A stretch of DNA of 64,000 bases from Trichosphaerium sp. ATCC 40318 (taxonomy: Eukaryota; Protista; Tubulinea). Shown piece after piece: positions 13,451 to 26,799 of this stretch. The notes under the pieces are model-generated. The model had not been told where the DNA came from. It worked only from the letters and a program-made list of their open reading frames with translations, and did not search any database. The translations under genes and the position numbers were made by a program. The stretch is from contig JALMLS010000507.1 in assembly GCA_038496445.1 (NCBI GenBank), positions 248,001 through 312,000 on the forward strand, read 5' to 3'. Positions within the stretch are counted from its first letter, which is position 1. Each line of letters opens with the position of its first letter.

Positions 13451-14189
13451 CAAAACGTTTTTTTTAAACGGTTTTTGTTACACTTTTCTTGTTATTTGTC
13501 TAAAGTAGTTTTGTTCTCCGTTTAGGTTATCGCAGTTAACGATGCATAGAATTGACGTATATATCTATTGCTTCATATGGCCTTAGTTTAACCATAATAT
13601 CTTTATAATAAACACACATAGCATTTTTAATACAAGCCTCTAGTTTTTCCTTTTAAAATTAAATAAGCAAAATAGTTATGTTATAGTGTGCACTTACTTG
13701 TATACTTTTTTATGCCTTTTTAATATAATATTTAGTACGTACACATGTTGAGTGACGTGGACTTTGTCAAAGTATTGTATGTGGAAACTGTTAATAATAG
13801 AAACTTCTACACGGATTGTTGCTGTCATTTAACTCACTATTGTCACGTGATACCTATGAAGGTTCTGTTCTTAGCCTACTTGCGACCGGAGATTTTCCTC
13901 AACAAGTTGAGAGTGTAAGGAATGAGACTATGTGTTTGTATAGCCTTATCAAGAGTGTTTCCTAGGAATGGAATTGACAACAAAAAAATCTGCGGAGCTT
14001 TTGTTTTATGTAGCTAAGTCTTTTAGTTCGTCTAGACAGTGGCTCTCTTTTAGATGTAGGCTCCGCTCAATACTACTCGGAGATTCCTATTGGACTAAAT
14101 AAAGTATACTACGGAAAAATTGAGTTGTCCCTATATTCTCCTATGGAGTTTTGGATCTTATTTTACAAATAGTTCGACAAGTTAACAAC

Positions 14190-14669
14190 ATGTCTTCAAT
14201 TGAAGTATACTTCGCAAACGAAAAGACAGACGGTCCTGGATATCGTACTGTTTCTTTGGCTATACCGAGGAAATCAACAGACCCTTTAGAAACAATAATA
14301 GACAACTTTGTTTCTTGCGCAAACTCAAACGGTTTTTATTTCCCTCTTCCTAAAAATAGAGTTCTTATCACGTGTAATGGATACCTAAAAGAGAGCACAA
14401 GCCCTGCAGACATGCCTAAAATATGCAACTATATCATCATATTCCCTAGAGGTTACGACACTAATTTGGTTACGAGCGCATTTAGTTATTTAACAACAGC
14501 AGAGATGAAGAGAAGTAAGGATAAGAAAAGATGGCTAAGGAAAGTACCTTCGACTTTGATTGGTGTCCCAAAAAAGCTTATGAAGGCAAAGAGTGTTTCT
14601 AATTTGCCTTGTCGACGATACATAAGACGTAGGAAAATGAAAAGGCTGCAAAGCAGACACACTATTTAA
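14190..14669 (+). CDS. Intronless orphan protein (159 aa) with very basic C-terminus
   Basis: Open frame; caacaATG start context similar to other genes here; no recognised domain. Confidence 0.5.
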   Translation: MSSIEVYFANEKTDGPGYRTVSLAIPRKSTDPLETIIDNFVSCANSNGFYFPLPKNRVLITCNGYLKESTSPADMPKICNYIIIFPRGYDTNLVTSAFSYLTTAEMKRSKDKKRWLRKVPSTLIGVPKKLMKAKSVSNLPCRRYIRRRKMKRLQSRHTI

Positions 14670-14835
14670 GCACATGTTCCGTTTCAAGGAAGGGAAAAAC
14701 ACTGTAAATTATTTAAAAAGAACACCACTTACTGTACATTTGTATCATAAATGAGAATAAAAACCAAGATCCTACTGTTATACCCGCCTATTTTTTCCTT
14801 TTGATTATTTTCTTCACCTTGTTCTGTCCAACACG

Positions 14836-15392
14836 TCAAATGGGAATAGCTTTACAATCATACAAATTGATGGTGTGTACTCCAGCCAAAGAAGAAACGC
14901 GTTTATCTGATATCCGTGTATGAGCTACACTTATGGTGTGTCACCAGCTAAAGCATAAACACCTATGTCTGTGATGGTACTTTCTTATCTGCCTGTTTCA
15001 AAGGATGACAAACTAATATATTCAAGATGTGTCGTAAGTGGTACTACACCAGAACATGTGGAGTCCTGGACAGTAGGTTACATATAGGCGACGAACACCA
15101 CAAACTTCTTGCAATCCTGAATCTGTGATGTGGTTGTTCTTTACTAGTACCTGCTATCATAGCAAGATCCTTCTCCGTTGCTTTGGCAAAATGTGTAAAG
15201 CGTATATTGATGTGTTTTGAGAAGAGGACTTTAGAAAGCCGAGAGCAACATGAGCTTGATTTAACTATGATAACGTTGTAACCAACGTGATGAAGAATGA
15301 TGCTTGGAAAACGTTTACATCAGAGAAATAGCAGATTAGAACGATCAACAAACTTGAATAAATGAGCGGTATCCAATAGAACAGTATTTTCG
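14836..15392 (-). pseudogene. F-box-like + LRR (ITDxGVxxLAGVHTIxL type) relic
   Basis: Reverse strand: HLFKFVDRSNLLFL*CKRF, ATEKDLAMIAG, ITDSGLQEVCGV, ITDIGVYALAG/(1-nt deletion)/HTISV..ISDKRVSSLAGVHTINLYDC; no introns seen. Confidence 0.65.
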
Positions 15393-15639
15393 TTGCTCTC
15401 GTGTTATGAGGTAGATCCACGCCTTCTATATCTTATCTTATTGCATTTGCTTGCATTTGAAGGTACTAAGCAAAAGTAAGCCCTGATGGTAGGAACGTAA
15501 ACATACTATTAAATTGCTTGTTTGAGTGTACTTAATGATATACATAATCAAACGCCAGTACTAAAATTATAAATCTAAACCTTGTATGTTCGTAGCACTT
15601 TATAGCGTGTCCAGATTCCAAACAAACTTGCAAACAAAC

Positions 15640-17790
15640 GAAATCTACCAACTTAGCATAGTACTGATATGATTGCTTGAGTTTGGTTGGAGCGCTAGTG
15701 AAAAGTTGCATGATTGCTTGAGTTTAGCACTAGTTACATACTGTTGCAGCTCAACTTTGCAGTGTATATTTACAAGGTGGATAGTTTTTAAATCAAAACC
15801 GACATCATGAGACACTGAGACTCGTTCTTAGCTCATAACATTAGTACAAACACTATTTCATTGAATCACTAAACATGAACGACGTATTTTATTTAAATGT
15901 TCCGAGGGTTTTTATTGTCCGGATGGTTTTAGGTCCAACAATAAACAACTACAGAAAGGTCTCAGCTTAATTACATATTTTGGTATCTGGTAAAACACGC
16001 CATCCCGAACTCGGCAAACAAATTAATGTAACAGAGCCCTGCTAGCCATCCACCTATCCAGAGCGGTAAACTGAATACGTTAAAAAAATCAGGAACATTC
16101 CAAATAAAAAACGGTTTGTTTTAATAATCACGTGCGTAAAAAAACCGTTTCAAAGCAACAATTTTTTGTGCACACAAATACGGTTAGTTGACAAAAGGTT
16201 GTGTACTAATAAACCAATGATAGCCTTCTACCTCCCAATACATTGAAAGGTATGTCACTATTGCCCTAGCGACTAAAAAAGTGGAGTATTGTAGTATGAC
16301 GCCAACAAAACGAACATGCTCGTTCATAGAGGGTTCTCCCTTCTTATTTGTTGGTACCAACCAAGACAGCCATAAATGTGTATTGTGCTTGCGAAAGCTA
16401 CCGTTATTTTTCGTAAAAACTGTAAAACCAACAAGAATGAAAGCACAGCTCGCTATATTCGCTCTACTTCTCGCTGTAGTAGTATCAGACAATTGTGGAG
16501 GAGGAAATTACTGCGGTAACGATTTCTCTCACATGACATGCAAAGGGCGTTGTTGTCATGATGATTTCAATGCCTGGTGTTGTCCTGGTAGTAATGCTAG
16601 TTCTTGGGGCTGTAAAAGTACTTTCCAACACGATTCTAATCACTGTAACGCCCCAAACTCTTGCTATTGTACAGACAGCAAAGCCTTCGTCACAGACATT
16701 CAAGCTACTGGATCACCAAAGATGGGAAACGCATTCTCGGCTAGCGCTAAGATTTGTTGTGGTGCTGGAATAAACAAGGGGTGTTCAATCACAGCGGGGG
16801 TTTCGTACACGCAAACATCAACTTTTACATGGGACGACAGGTAAAGGAAAAGTTTGATCGAGAAGCAAAACTCTTTTTTTTTTTTTTCGAGTTTGCATGC
16901 CAATAGATGTTGACTGACGTTAATGGTAGTGCTACTGAAGAACTGGATATTTCAGAGAGTCTCGTAATAGAAGGTGTATCGGTAAAATTTTCTGCTACAT
17001 ACTCACGAGGAGGGTCACGAAGTAGATCCGTAACTGCTTCAATTTCTGAAACATGTGGTCTTACCCCAAAGCCAAAAGAATCGAGGATGCTTAACTATGA
17101 TGCAAATGCACACTATTACACAGTACCAATAAAAATAACATATCAGAAATGTGGTGTTACATACACTACAAATGGTTCAGTTAAGGTCAAAGTTGCTCTT
17201 TCGGATAATGGCTCTTGTTTCCCTACAACATGCAAAAACGGTTGCAATAAAAATGGTTGTTATTAATAAATAAACTCCAATCTTCCACACCCTTCTTTTT
17301 CGTTGTTTTCGTTTCATAAGCAAGTCCAACCCTTTTACGTACAAGCGCAACAGATTTCTACAATTAATAACACTCACTGATATCGAACTGATTGACGTAT
17401 TGGTCTTTACTGTAGTCCTACAGTTTCGAACTTTTTTTCTTGAAGTTCTTTGACTTTGTTGTAGTTACTTTTGAGTCAGTCTGCTAGAAAACCTTTTATT
17501 CTATTATAATTTTTGTTACTATGTTGTTTCACTACTCTTTGAAAGGTATAACATCAGCGTTTGATGCAATTTCCTTGAGGCTAAAGTCCTACAAAACAGC
17601 AATTGTTAAAAACAAAAAAAAAACTAAAAAACCATAAAACCGCGAAAACAAATCTAGTTTGCAAGCCCTCATGACGTGAATGTGTTTGTGAAAAGATTTT
17701 GAAAGAGAGGTTTAAAGGATCATACTTGTATAAGTGCATGCATATCTTCTTCATCGAGTCTTTTTCCTTGCTTCTCTAAAATAGCATGTT
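15640..17790 (+). repeat. Copy A of a ~2.1-kb segmental duplication (inverted partner 43870-46115)
   Basis: Alignable by eye with the reverse complement of 43870-46115 across promoter, toxin gene, 3' UTR and the end of the TatD gene. Confidence 0.9.
16437..17266 (+). CDS. Secreted Cys-rich protein with aerolysin/ETX-MTX2-like beta-pore-forming core, copy A (246 aa)
   Basis: Signal peptide MKAQLAIFALLLAVVVS; intron 16841-16929 (gtaaag..ctgac..ggtag); 20 Cys; S/T-rich strands flanking an amphipathic hairpin LDISESLVIEGVSVKFSATY, then YTVPIKITY. Confidence 0.8.
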
Positions 17791-20663
17791 CTTTATCACT
17801 GCATAAGAATTTTCTATTTTTAAAACAGAACACCGTTTGTCCTTTCTCTAGCATAACCTATTCGGAAAATTAGTCTAGTCTAAACAACAGCAACAAAATA
17901 AATGTATACTTAAAAAATTATCACGTGACCACGTGATATAACAAAGAATTTCTTTCATATCAAACAAAGAAACAAAATTAAACTTTTTTCAATATTGAAA
18001 GCTAGAACAGCTTGAAGCTTTGAAATGTTGGTAGGTTATTTGAGGACATCATAGATTGATAAATCTATCTTATAGATACGTACTTGAGGCGGTTTTGCTA
18101 CTTTACCATCCTTTCCGGCTTTGGCAAGTGCTCGTTCATCCTCAGCTTTTATGACATCTTCAACAATAATAGCTCTTGAGTTTGGATCATATATGGTTCC
18201 AGCATAGCACATTGTAGGTAACGAAAATGCTAGCCTTGTATTCTAAATTAGAGTTAGCATAATATTAAACAACATAATGAGTGAGAAGCCATAGAGTGAT
18301 TGTAAAAAAGAAAGAACTTACGGAAACAATTTTTTTCGCTAGAGTATCTAGGTTCTGTTTAAGGCATTGAGATATCATATCAAGCACATGTGGTAAACAA
18401 CTTGGTTCCTATTTTAAACGATAAGCTATTAAACTAAAACACATGCGAGCAAGGGAAGTGAGAGAAAAAGAAAACAGAAAAAAACCAGAATAAAAACAGA
18501 ATAATAAAAAAAAGCATACATTACGCTTTGGATATGGGCGAGGCATATTGAATGGTAACAAATAAGGAGCATCTGTTCCAATGAGCTAAAAAAATTATTA
18601 ATATTTAACCCTTCAAGTCCATTAAAGGTGCAGAAATACGGCACAAGAAAAATTGGCTACAAAAAAAAGTCCTTATATCACTTACTAGCTTGTCTATTGG
18701 GATGACTTCCAATACACTACGGAATTCTTTGCCCCTCTTATCACTACATATAAAACCGGTGATTGTATAGAAAGCATTAAATGCATTATAACCATCAACT
18801 TGTTCTTTGGTTCCTGTAAAACAGTTGATAACGATGTTTATGTCTTTCAGTGCTTCCCTGTTAAAATGAGTTAGTCACGTTGGTGAATGGGTATTAGACT
18901 GTGTTCTCCACGTACTTGTGCTTTTCTAGGATAGATACGGTTTCCTTAAACGCCTTTCTCTCATGAATGAATAAAGTTTTTTTGTACTTGATAGCAAGCA
19001 GTAATTGTGCTTCGAATATTTTTGTTTGTGCTGCCACATTATCTTCACTGACCTTCTCAAAATCAAGTCCACATTCTTAAAAGTATAATCAATACCGCAA
19101 CACATTAGAGATGTAAGAGTACCTCCTACAGCGACAATACCAGGATTGGACTTAAGCATCTCCTCAATTTTTTCCAACTACCAAAGAAGTTAGCAATTTC
19201 TACTTTTGCTAATGTCGTGACGTACATCACCGTCCTTAACATTCTTGACTTCTGTTGGATGTATACCAACTATAGGATGAAGAGAACCTAACACGCGATA
19301 ATTAGTAAAACACAATAGTACAGTAAATGTCCACCTTTGTATCTTTGTGACCACATTAACGAATGTTGTGATGTTTCCACGTTTGTTGATATTAGAACCA
19401 TCTGAGATACCTAAAAATATGATAAATATTAAAACAAGGACTATAAAGAGTAGTATGCACATACGCCCGAAGCATATCCACGGACGACAACACGAGGAAG
19501 AACATTTTGAAATTCTTTGTTGAAAAGATTTACTCCAGCATCAATAGTCTCAGGAATACCAGCTCTAACCAGTAGGTCAAAATATATTTATGGATGAGAT
19601 ATTGCAATAAGATTAGTACGTACTTAAAGCTCTCAGGAGTGTTAAAATGATAAGGTTTACCAACAACAGTAACGCGAAACTCTAGATTAGGATTTGGCTC
19701 TAAAAATCAGAAATACAAAATATTAGACACTAACAACTTCAAAATATCAATAAGATGTCAATCCATACCAAGAATAGGACCAGGAAACTAATAAAAACTT
19801 AGGTTCGGAGAAATAAACAACCAACTAAAAGATGTGGTTCGTCGCGAAGACAAAAACTGTAAGTAAACTTCGAGTTTTTTTTTACTCGTTCTTTGATCTT
19901 ATCACGTGCCTGTAATGGTGCTTTGAATACGTCCTCAGGTTCTACTGCTTTAAATACACTATCTTTATCTCCTGATCTTTCTATACGTTCAATCTTCATA
20001 ACACCACCATTGAAGCCGTGTTTTTTGAAAGTATTTTTAGTGTATCCCTCAATCAGCTTTAAAATCTCGTCTCCTAAAGCATTTGCGTTAGTATTGGGTC
20101 ATTACAATTACCAATGCATGTGATATTGTTTTGTCATAAAAGCAGGGCGCTCTATTACCTGTGAATGAAATACCAGTTGCTTTAATTTGGAACCTCTGGG
20201 CTTTACCTTGAGGGCTGTTAAGAACGCGCCAGCGTATACGAAACTCTGGCCATCCCTGTTGTTCGTGTTAACGTCGTTTCTGTAACAGTCGTATTTTAGA
20301 ACGTTTAAATACGTACGTAAGTCTCTACCCATTCTGGTACTCTTTGTTTTAATGCTAGAAGATCCCAAACCTTGTCGGTTATCGTTTTATCATTTACCCT
20401 TTTTAGTTTGTCATTTAAACGTTAAAACGAGTTTCATATAGCTCACCAGTTGCCGTTTCCCTTCTTTAGCTCGCTGATTTCTTTACCCAAGCTACTTAGC
20501 TTCGTAGCAAGTTCAGCGTCTATTCAATCGTTTTAATGAGTTTAAACGAGCGAAATAAGGCCAGTACGCTACCTTTAATGTCGACATTAAACTTTTTACC
20601 GCTTCTGCCATCAAGAGCACCACGAAGTTTCCTTTTACTAACTACTGAGCCTTGCTTTTCCAT
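17519..20663 (-). CDS. tatD: TatD-family DNase with N- and C-terminal extensions
   Basis: IDAGVNLF, VGIHP, VAVGECGLDF, FEAQLLLA..LFIHER, INCFTG, NEPSCLPHV; ~16 introns; 3' end uncertain (could extend to ~17410). Confidence 0.85.
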
Positions 20664-20899
20664 CTAGACTTGGTTATGGTTTTTTGTGTTGCGTTTCAGC
20701 TTCCTACGAAAATTGCGCGAATTTCACAACACATTTATCTGAATCTACGTCTTTCTACACGTCACCACAAATTTAGCTGTTGTCAAATGTTACTACACAC
20801 TTAACCAATGACAAGGGTTAAATACGTTGCTCCAAACTTTTAAACCAGGTGCTGTGGCTGAGCGCATGTGCGAATAAATGCATCTTCCAACGGAAAAAA

Positions 20900-21535
20900 C
20901 TAAGTATGAGGAACTGCAGTTGAAGCCTTAACATCACTGGTCTTGTCGAATTCGTTCTTCCTCAGCTTACAGGGTATCTCTGTGGGACTGATGTTTCATA
21001 ATCCGGTGAAAGCTCTGCAAATATTTGCTAGGAGCGGAGACTTGTTCTTTTTTAAAAAATAGAACTTGCACAAGTGTTTTAATTCATACTCAGGCAGAAC
21101 ATTATACCTCTGATGATTCTAGCTCCAGACCTTTTTCCGGAGGGAATGAGACATCACCGCAATCAGAATCTGAACGATCCATTTCCAGCTGACATTGATT
21201 CTTTGTTTGAAGAAGAAAAACAACGTGGTACTAGTAGTTTAACGTAGTTCCAATAGCGTTCGAAAAGCTCTGTAAAAGTTAACAAGCATGTAAGCTATAC
21301 CTAAATAAGCGTATTTCACATACCTTCCTGGCATAAAGGCCATAGAAATTACAATGCTAGTACCTAAGAAAATAATAAGAAAAAACAACTGGTACAAAAA
21401 ATAACAGCAAAGATTCACCAATACAAAAAATAAACAACAATGCTGACACTAGACCAAGAGTATCGCGATCTAAACAATCCAGTATGTTACCACCATTAAT
21501 AGTACATCCAGTTACTTTGGCCCCTAGTGCAGTCA
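20900..21535 (-). pseudogene. 3' fragment (last TM helix and tail) of a frizzled-like GPCR paralog
   Basis: CTINGCNILDCLDRDTLGLVSALLFIFCIG / TSIVISMAFMPGR matches CIFSGEDVETCLNRDSVNIVALALFIFCVG / GIIVFVTLMLGR of the intact GPCR, with introns at equivalent positions; frameshift before WNYVKLLVP. Confidence 0.7.
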
Positions 21536-22517
21536 TTAAGTTTTATCGACCCTTGTCTTGATATTATACGTGAGTTTCTTTTGTAGTTTGTTTTACTTAT
21601 GGCTGTACACGTGTTTTACTCCGTTACAGACGTTTGGGTAAATTTGAGTTGACTTCGTATAAATCAACAACAACAACAACCGACAAAGCTTAAACAACAT
21701 GGCGAGCAGCAATCACCCACATCCCACCCAAAAATTTCCTTTTCAATTTGTTTTAAAAACTGTAAAACCTTTCGTTTATTTTCCAAGTGTTCTTGTATAA
21801 TACAACAAATGCTTGGCGCTGCGCTAGAGCCACAAGACATTTTTTCTTCCTCCCAACATCGTCTTGGTTAGTGTTCATTGGTTAGTTGATAGAAGAAAGT
21901 CAACTGAGAGTGTTAGAACTCTAACTTGACGTTTTGTTTTTTTTGTTTTCGCTGATTTCCTGGTTTTTTAGTACCTTCAAAATTGCCTTTGCTTGCTACG
22001 GTGACCGTTGGCAAAACGATCAAACTGTTATTACTAGTGCCGGCATTGCTGTATACATCTTGCTTATTATCATTTTGCGATAAACAAAGACTCCTTGGTA
22101 GTAAAACTAACGTTTTGAAATTAAAAAAATCTGTGATGTTGGGCACAAAGCGTTCTACTCCAATATTTGTTTTTTGTAGAAGCGAATAACCTGGTTTGTT
22201 ATTTTGAGGTGTTTAGTAGGTAACTGAGCGTACTGCTTGCGTTGTTGAATAAGATGGTCGCGTTCTAGAGTAAATTTTGTTAAAAACTTCAAACGCGAAA
22301 CCGGTGATAGGCTCATCATGCCGCGAATATTGCTATGAAAAATTATGTATAAAATACTCCACTTTGCGTTCCACATAGTTAATTAGCCAAGTTATAAATA
22401 AGCTATTTCAGATAATTTAGACAAATAATGGTAAAAATAAAATAAATTCATTGAAAATATGTAAACCTAGGTTCCGTATTGTCATCATAAAACAAAATAA
22501 CGCAAAGATAACACATC

Positions 22518-23105
22518 ATGACTGACTACAAAATTGTCGTATTTGGATCTGGCGGTGTAGGCAAATCAGCGCTTACAATACAACTATTGTACAACCACTT
22601 CGTATGGAATTACGATCCAACAATTGAAGACGGATACCGAAAAGTCGTAACTATTGATGATAAAATGGCTGTTCTTGATATCCTCGACACAGCAGGCCAA
22701 GAAGAATACTCAGCTCTCAGAGACACATACATGCAACGCGCTAACGGCTTCGTTCTTGTATACTCTGTAATTGACAGCAACAGTCTATATGAGCTGGAGA
22801 CCTACATCAAACAAATTAAAAGATCACGTGAAGAAGATGTTCCTCCTTTTGTCATTGCTGGAAACAAAAGTGACATGGTTGAATATCGACAAGTCTCAAC
22901 TGATGAAGGACAAGAGTTTGCATCGTCCCATAACGCTCCATTTTTTGAGACATCAGCGAAGACACAAACTAATGTCGAAGAGTCTTTTTATGAAGTAGTT
23001 CGCCAGATTAGACGACAAAATGAACAAGAACAAACACAATCTAAAAAAACCAAGAAAAGAAGGAAAAGAAACCTCTCTTCAATCAAAAAATGTAAACTAG
23101 TGTAA
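22518..23105 (+). CDS. Ras-subfamily small GTPase (intronless)
   Basis: GSGGVGKS, YDPTIED, DTAGQE, NKSD, ETSAK, polybasic tail and CaaX CKLV. Confidence 0.97.
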   Translation: MTDYKIVVFGSGGVGKSALTIQLLYNHFVWNYDPTIEDGYRKVVTIDDKMAVLDILDTAGQEEYSALRDTYMQRANGFVLVYSVIDSNSLYELETYIKQIKRSREEDVPPFVIAGNKSDMVEYRQVSTDEGQEFASSHNAPFFETSAKTQTNVEESFYEVVRQIRRQNEQEQTQSKKTKKRRKRNLSSIKKCKLV

Positions 23106-23209
23106 AGCCAGACAAAAGTGTATAACACAAAACGATTTTATCACGATAATGTACATAAATTGTATAAAACCTGTACAAAGAAAAGAAAAGAAAATCACAA
23201 AATAAAAAA

Positions 23210-26146
23210 TTACAGCAAATCCTCGCCTGTTTTTCCGTCATTCTTTTTAAGTCCTATTGACAACGTTCCATGTGGCGCTCCTATCAAGTGGCTCCATAAT
23301 GCAGTGGCTCACACAAGCAAATAAATGAATGTGATAAAAGTGCATAGCTCCTAATCCATTCGTGCGCTATCATACCTTGTACTTTACTAGCACCAAGGTG
23401 ATTTTGGGACGTCTACTGCCGACGACTTCCTTAAAAAAACCGAGTTTTCTCCGTTACCTTTCTCTCCGTCTGCCAAAAAACATTTTTTTTTATTTGACTT
23501 CTACAGTAACGTACCGCTAAGTGCAATAATAGGTTAACAGAAAAAAGTGATTTAACGTGGGTCTGTATTTACACAAAAAAAGGGATAACCAATCCGAAGT
23601 TGGATGAGGTTATTTTATAAAAAAACCTACGAGTTAGGCTATCGTAAGTTATTGCAATAGTACAAGTATTGATGTATACAAACTCTTTACAAGCTATGTG
23701 TTTCTGTAATTATTTGTGAAGAGTTTGCATCAAGTGTACTCAATGATATTACACTACTACCAAGATTAGACTGTGTCACATTACATGACTTTTCCGTTTT
23801 TTGTGACGAACAACATGCTGAGGGCACCAGTCGTTTACAGTAGCCCCAAACCAATCTTCTAAAGCCACTAGCCAACAAGTCAGATAATTCACTACAGCTA
23901 TTGCGTTTTGATTTAAACGTACCTTCCAAGCATTAAAGTGACAAATACTATAATACCATTACCTAAGAGAAAGTTGGTCACAAAATGATTCGTTTTCGTT
24001 AAAAAGAACTTACCACCAACACAAAAAATAAACAATGCTAATGCTACAATATTTACAGAATCACGGTTTAGGCACGTTTCAACATCTTCTCCACTGAAAA
24101 TACACTCCATTCTTGACTGTCCCTCCATGTCAATACGAATATCTACATAAATTCGAAACCTTACAAAAAATAGTTACTACAAATGATATGATGACTGTAT
24201 ACTTACGCTACTACATACACCATCATTATAAAGTATCCAAGTATATAGGTTATCATGATATTACGCATCTTCTCCCTATGATTTGATGTGCCTGATATAT
24301 TTGGTCTCTATAGTATCACATAAGAAAAAAATGAGAATGTGTTGTTGCATTGGTACAATATAACGTACTCTGTACAAGTGAAACATCAAGTAACAAAAAC
24401 AAACAAACCCTAATACTGATGCTGGTATTATAGGAAAACCAAAGAAGAACACCCATTGCGCCCAGTCGTACTTAGTTGACACTAGACGATAAAGGTAAGA
24501 AATTTAATGCGCATTAAACAAATTAGTCCTGCAACTTACCAAAGCAAATTGTAGATCCTGGAAATGCTTCAATCAACCCTAAGCATAATGCCACAAATGT
24601 CATTGCAGCAGGCAGTCCCCAAAATGTAGCATAAACGAACTACCATGAGTTAGATTGATATAAAGACAAATGAGTAAATTCAAACTTACAATGCGGTATG
24701 GAAGAGGAAACTTCCCGTTTGCTCTCCAGTTCGATCTTGTTAGAATGTATGTAATATTAAATACCAATACAAACCATCCAACAACCATTTGTATTGCAAC
24801 AAAAACAAGAATAGCTCCTACAATACAACAAATTTGTGTCAGTTAATTGGTCTTGTTAGCTCCGAAAATACCTTGAATAGTACATGGCACGTGCCACGCA
24901 TGAGCTAGACGCGCTTTATTCTCACACAAAAAAAAATCTTGAGCAACAGATGATATGAAAATGCCAAAGCCTGCTATGGCGCTATCTGCACATATGACAC
25001 TGAAGAATTGTGTCGCAAACGTTCTGTACCTACAGTATGTCAACAACATCAAAAGAAACTAAGAAACATGAAAGAGGACTTACTGTGAGTTGCCTATAAA
25101 AGCGAGAAAACAAACTAGTGCTAATGACATTCCAACGGCGCCAGTGACAGCTGAGAATTGTCGGAGAATGAATGTAGACAAATCTAAACAAGTTAAGTTT
25201 TCTTATTATATTCTTAAATGTGTTAATTACCTGAGTTAACTGGAGAAGGACAAGACCAACATGGTGCCTCGTCTTTACCTGATGTTAATACACTGCTATT
25301 GTATAGTATGAACTTACTGTATTTTATTTCTGTGCTTTTCACATCTCGGAATAATCGCGGCGATGAACATTCAAATGTATCAACAGCTGTAAAATCTAAG
25401 ATGAGTGTTACCAGACGACTTTTATTGATCAATACGATTGACTTACTACTTGGAACTGTACCATTACACAAGGATACAACTGCTTGATTGTTACAATCAG
25501 GTACCTCCAAGTCTGTAAGAGATAAATATGGAGCACAAAAAATAGCAATATCTTGACATGTGTCTTTGCAAGGTAATTTCTTTCCATCAGGGAATGACGA
25601 GTTACATTGTGGAAACCCAATCTGGCAAGCATATGTAACAACTGTGTTCTTGCATTGTAAACCACCAATAATATCTAGAACGTCAATACCAATCAGCGTT
25701 TTCTCAATCTGTCTAAAACGGGTTGTAAGTATCTAATAAACTCTTCTTCAGGGTATTGTTCCGAGAAACTCCGATATTACGGTGTTAAAAACAAGTGTCT
25801 TACTCTTGAATAGCCTCTTGAGTGTATCCATCGCTAATAAACACTATTGTTTGTTCTTCAAGTACAAAATCACACCTTTATACGTTAGAAGTTAGTTACA
25901 GCGTATTTATAGTAATGTAAAGGATTTTGAGCGTAGAAGAAATGAATGCGCTTGAAAAAGAACAATAGTCACTGAAAGAGTTCAAAATATTCGTTTGTTC
26001 GCGTAGAGAGGAATATATAAGTACGAGAAGCGTTTTTGAACAATAGATTACCTGTGAGGTGTTCCTGTCGCGTTTTGTTGATATGGAACGCATGCACACA
26101 ATGCAGTGGCAACAACACAAGCCAATATAAGAAGATTAAAGCTCAT
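23210..26146 (-). CDS. Frizzled/smoothened-like 7TM receptor with Cys-rich ectodomain
   Basis: Signal peptide MSFNLLILACVVATALC; CRD pattern CKNTVVTYACQIGFPQC...LPCKDTCQDIAIFC..PDC; successive hydrophobic exons, PCTIQG, ICF..WVFFFGFPII; last exons uncertain. Confidence 0.8.
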
Positions 26147-26799
26147 AACTTCAATTCGCTTCTGATGAGCTTTCCTGACCAAAATATTAACAGTAACAGG
26201 TCAGGTGCGTTTCGTTTCCACTTTCGTAGCAAAAACAAAAGTTGTGCGTAACAATATTTTCCCGCTCTAATAACTCTTGTTTCATTTTATTCTGATAAAC
26301 TCCATATTTGTGTTAATAATGCCCAAAAGATCAGGGTATACTTTGGTGTGATTATGGTATTTGAAAACAAGCTGGCGAAGTCACTTCATTGATTCAATTT
26401 TTGTGATTTTTTTGTAAAAAAGTTGCACGCAATGTTCCATATTTTGTCCAAGCTCCACTATTGAATCAAATGTATACCTGGTCCAGTGGGTTCATGAACC
26501 TCTCATGACTTCTTACATAGTTCTCAATTCCATGTATTTGACGTTAATTCATGTACATCAAGTCGTTGATACAATGATGAAAGTAATTTATGTTCACATG
26601 GTTACCTCACTGTATACTAGTACCACTACATTATGTATGCTTGTAATTTAACACATTCAGTTTACACGTATTTACAAGCATCTGTAATAGTGCTGGTATT
26701 CGTCTGAGTTTTTTGCATGGTAATTATTTAACCATCTTGACACAAACAACTATGTTTTGCAACAAACCGACTTTGGCAAACAAGCGGATATTTATTTAT

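Noticed and set aside
16907-16929. ORF-track start MLTDVNG suggesting a separate 119-aa protein (likewise 44611)
   Set aside because: Lies inside the intron (branch point ctgac, acceptor 16929); it is exon 2 of the toxin gene
17408-17480. Possible extra TatD exon ending in SKL (peroxisomal signal)
   Set aside because: No donor in a compatible phase was found, so it cannot be supported without transcripts
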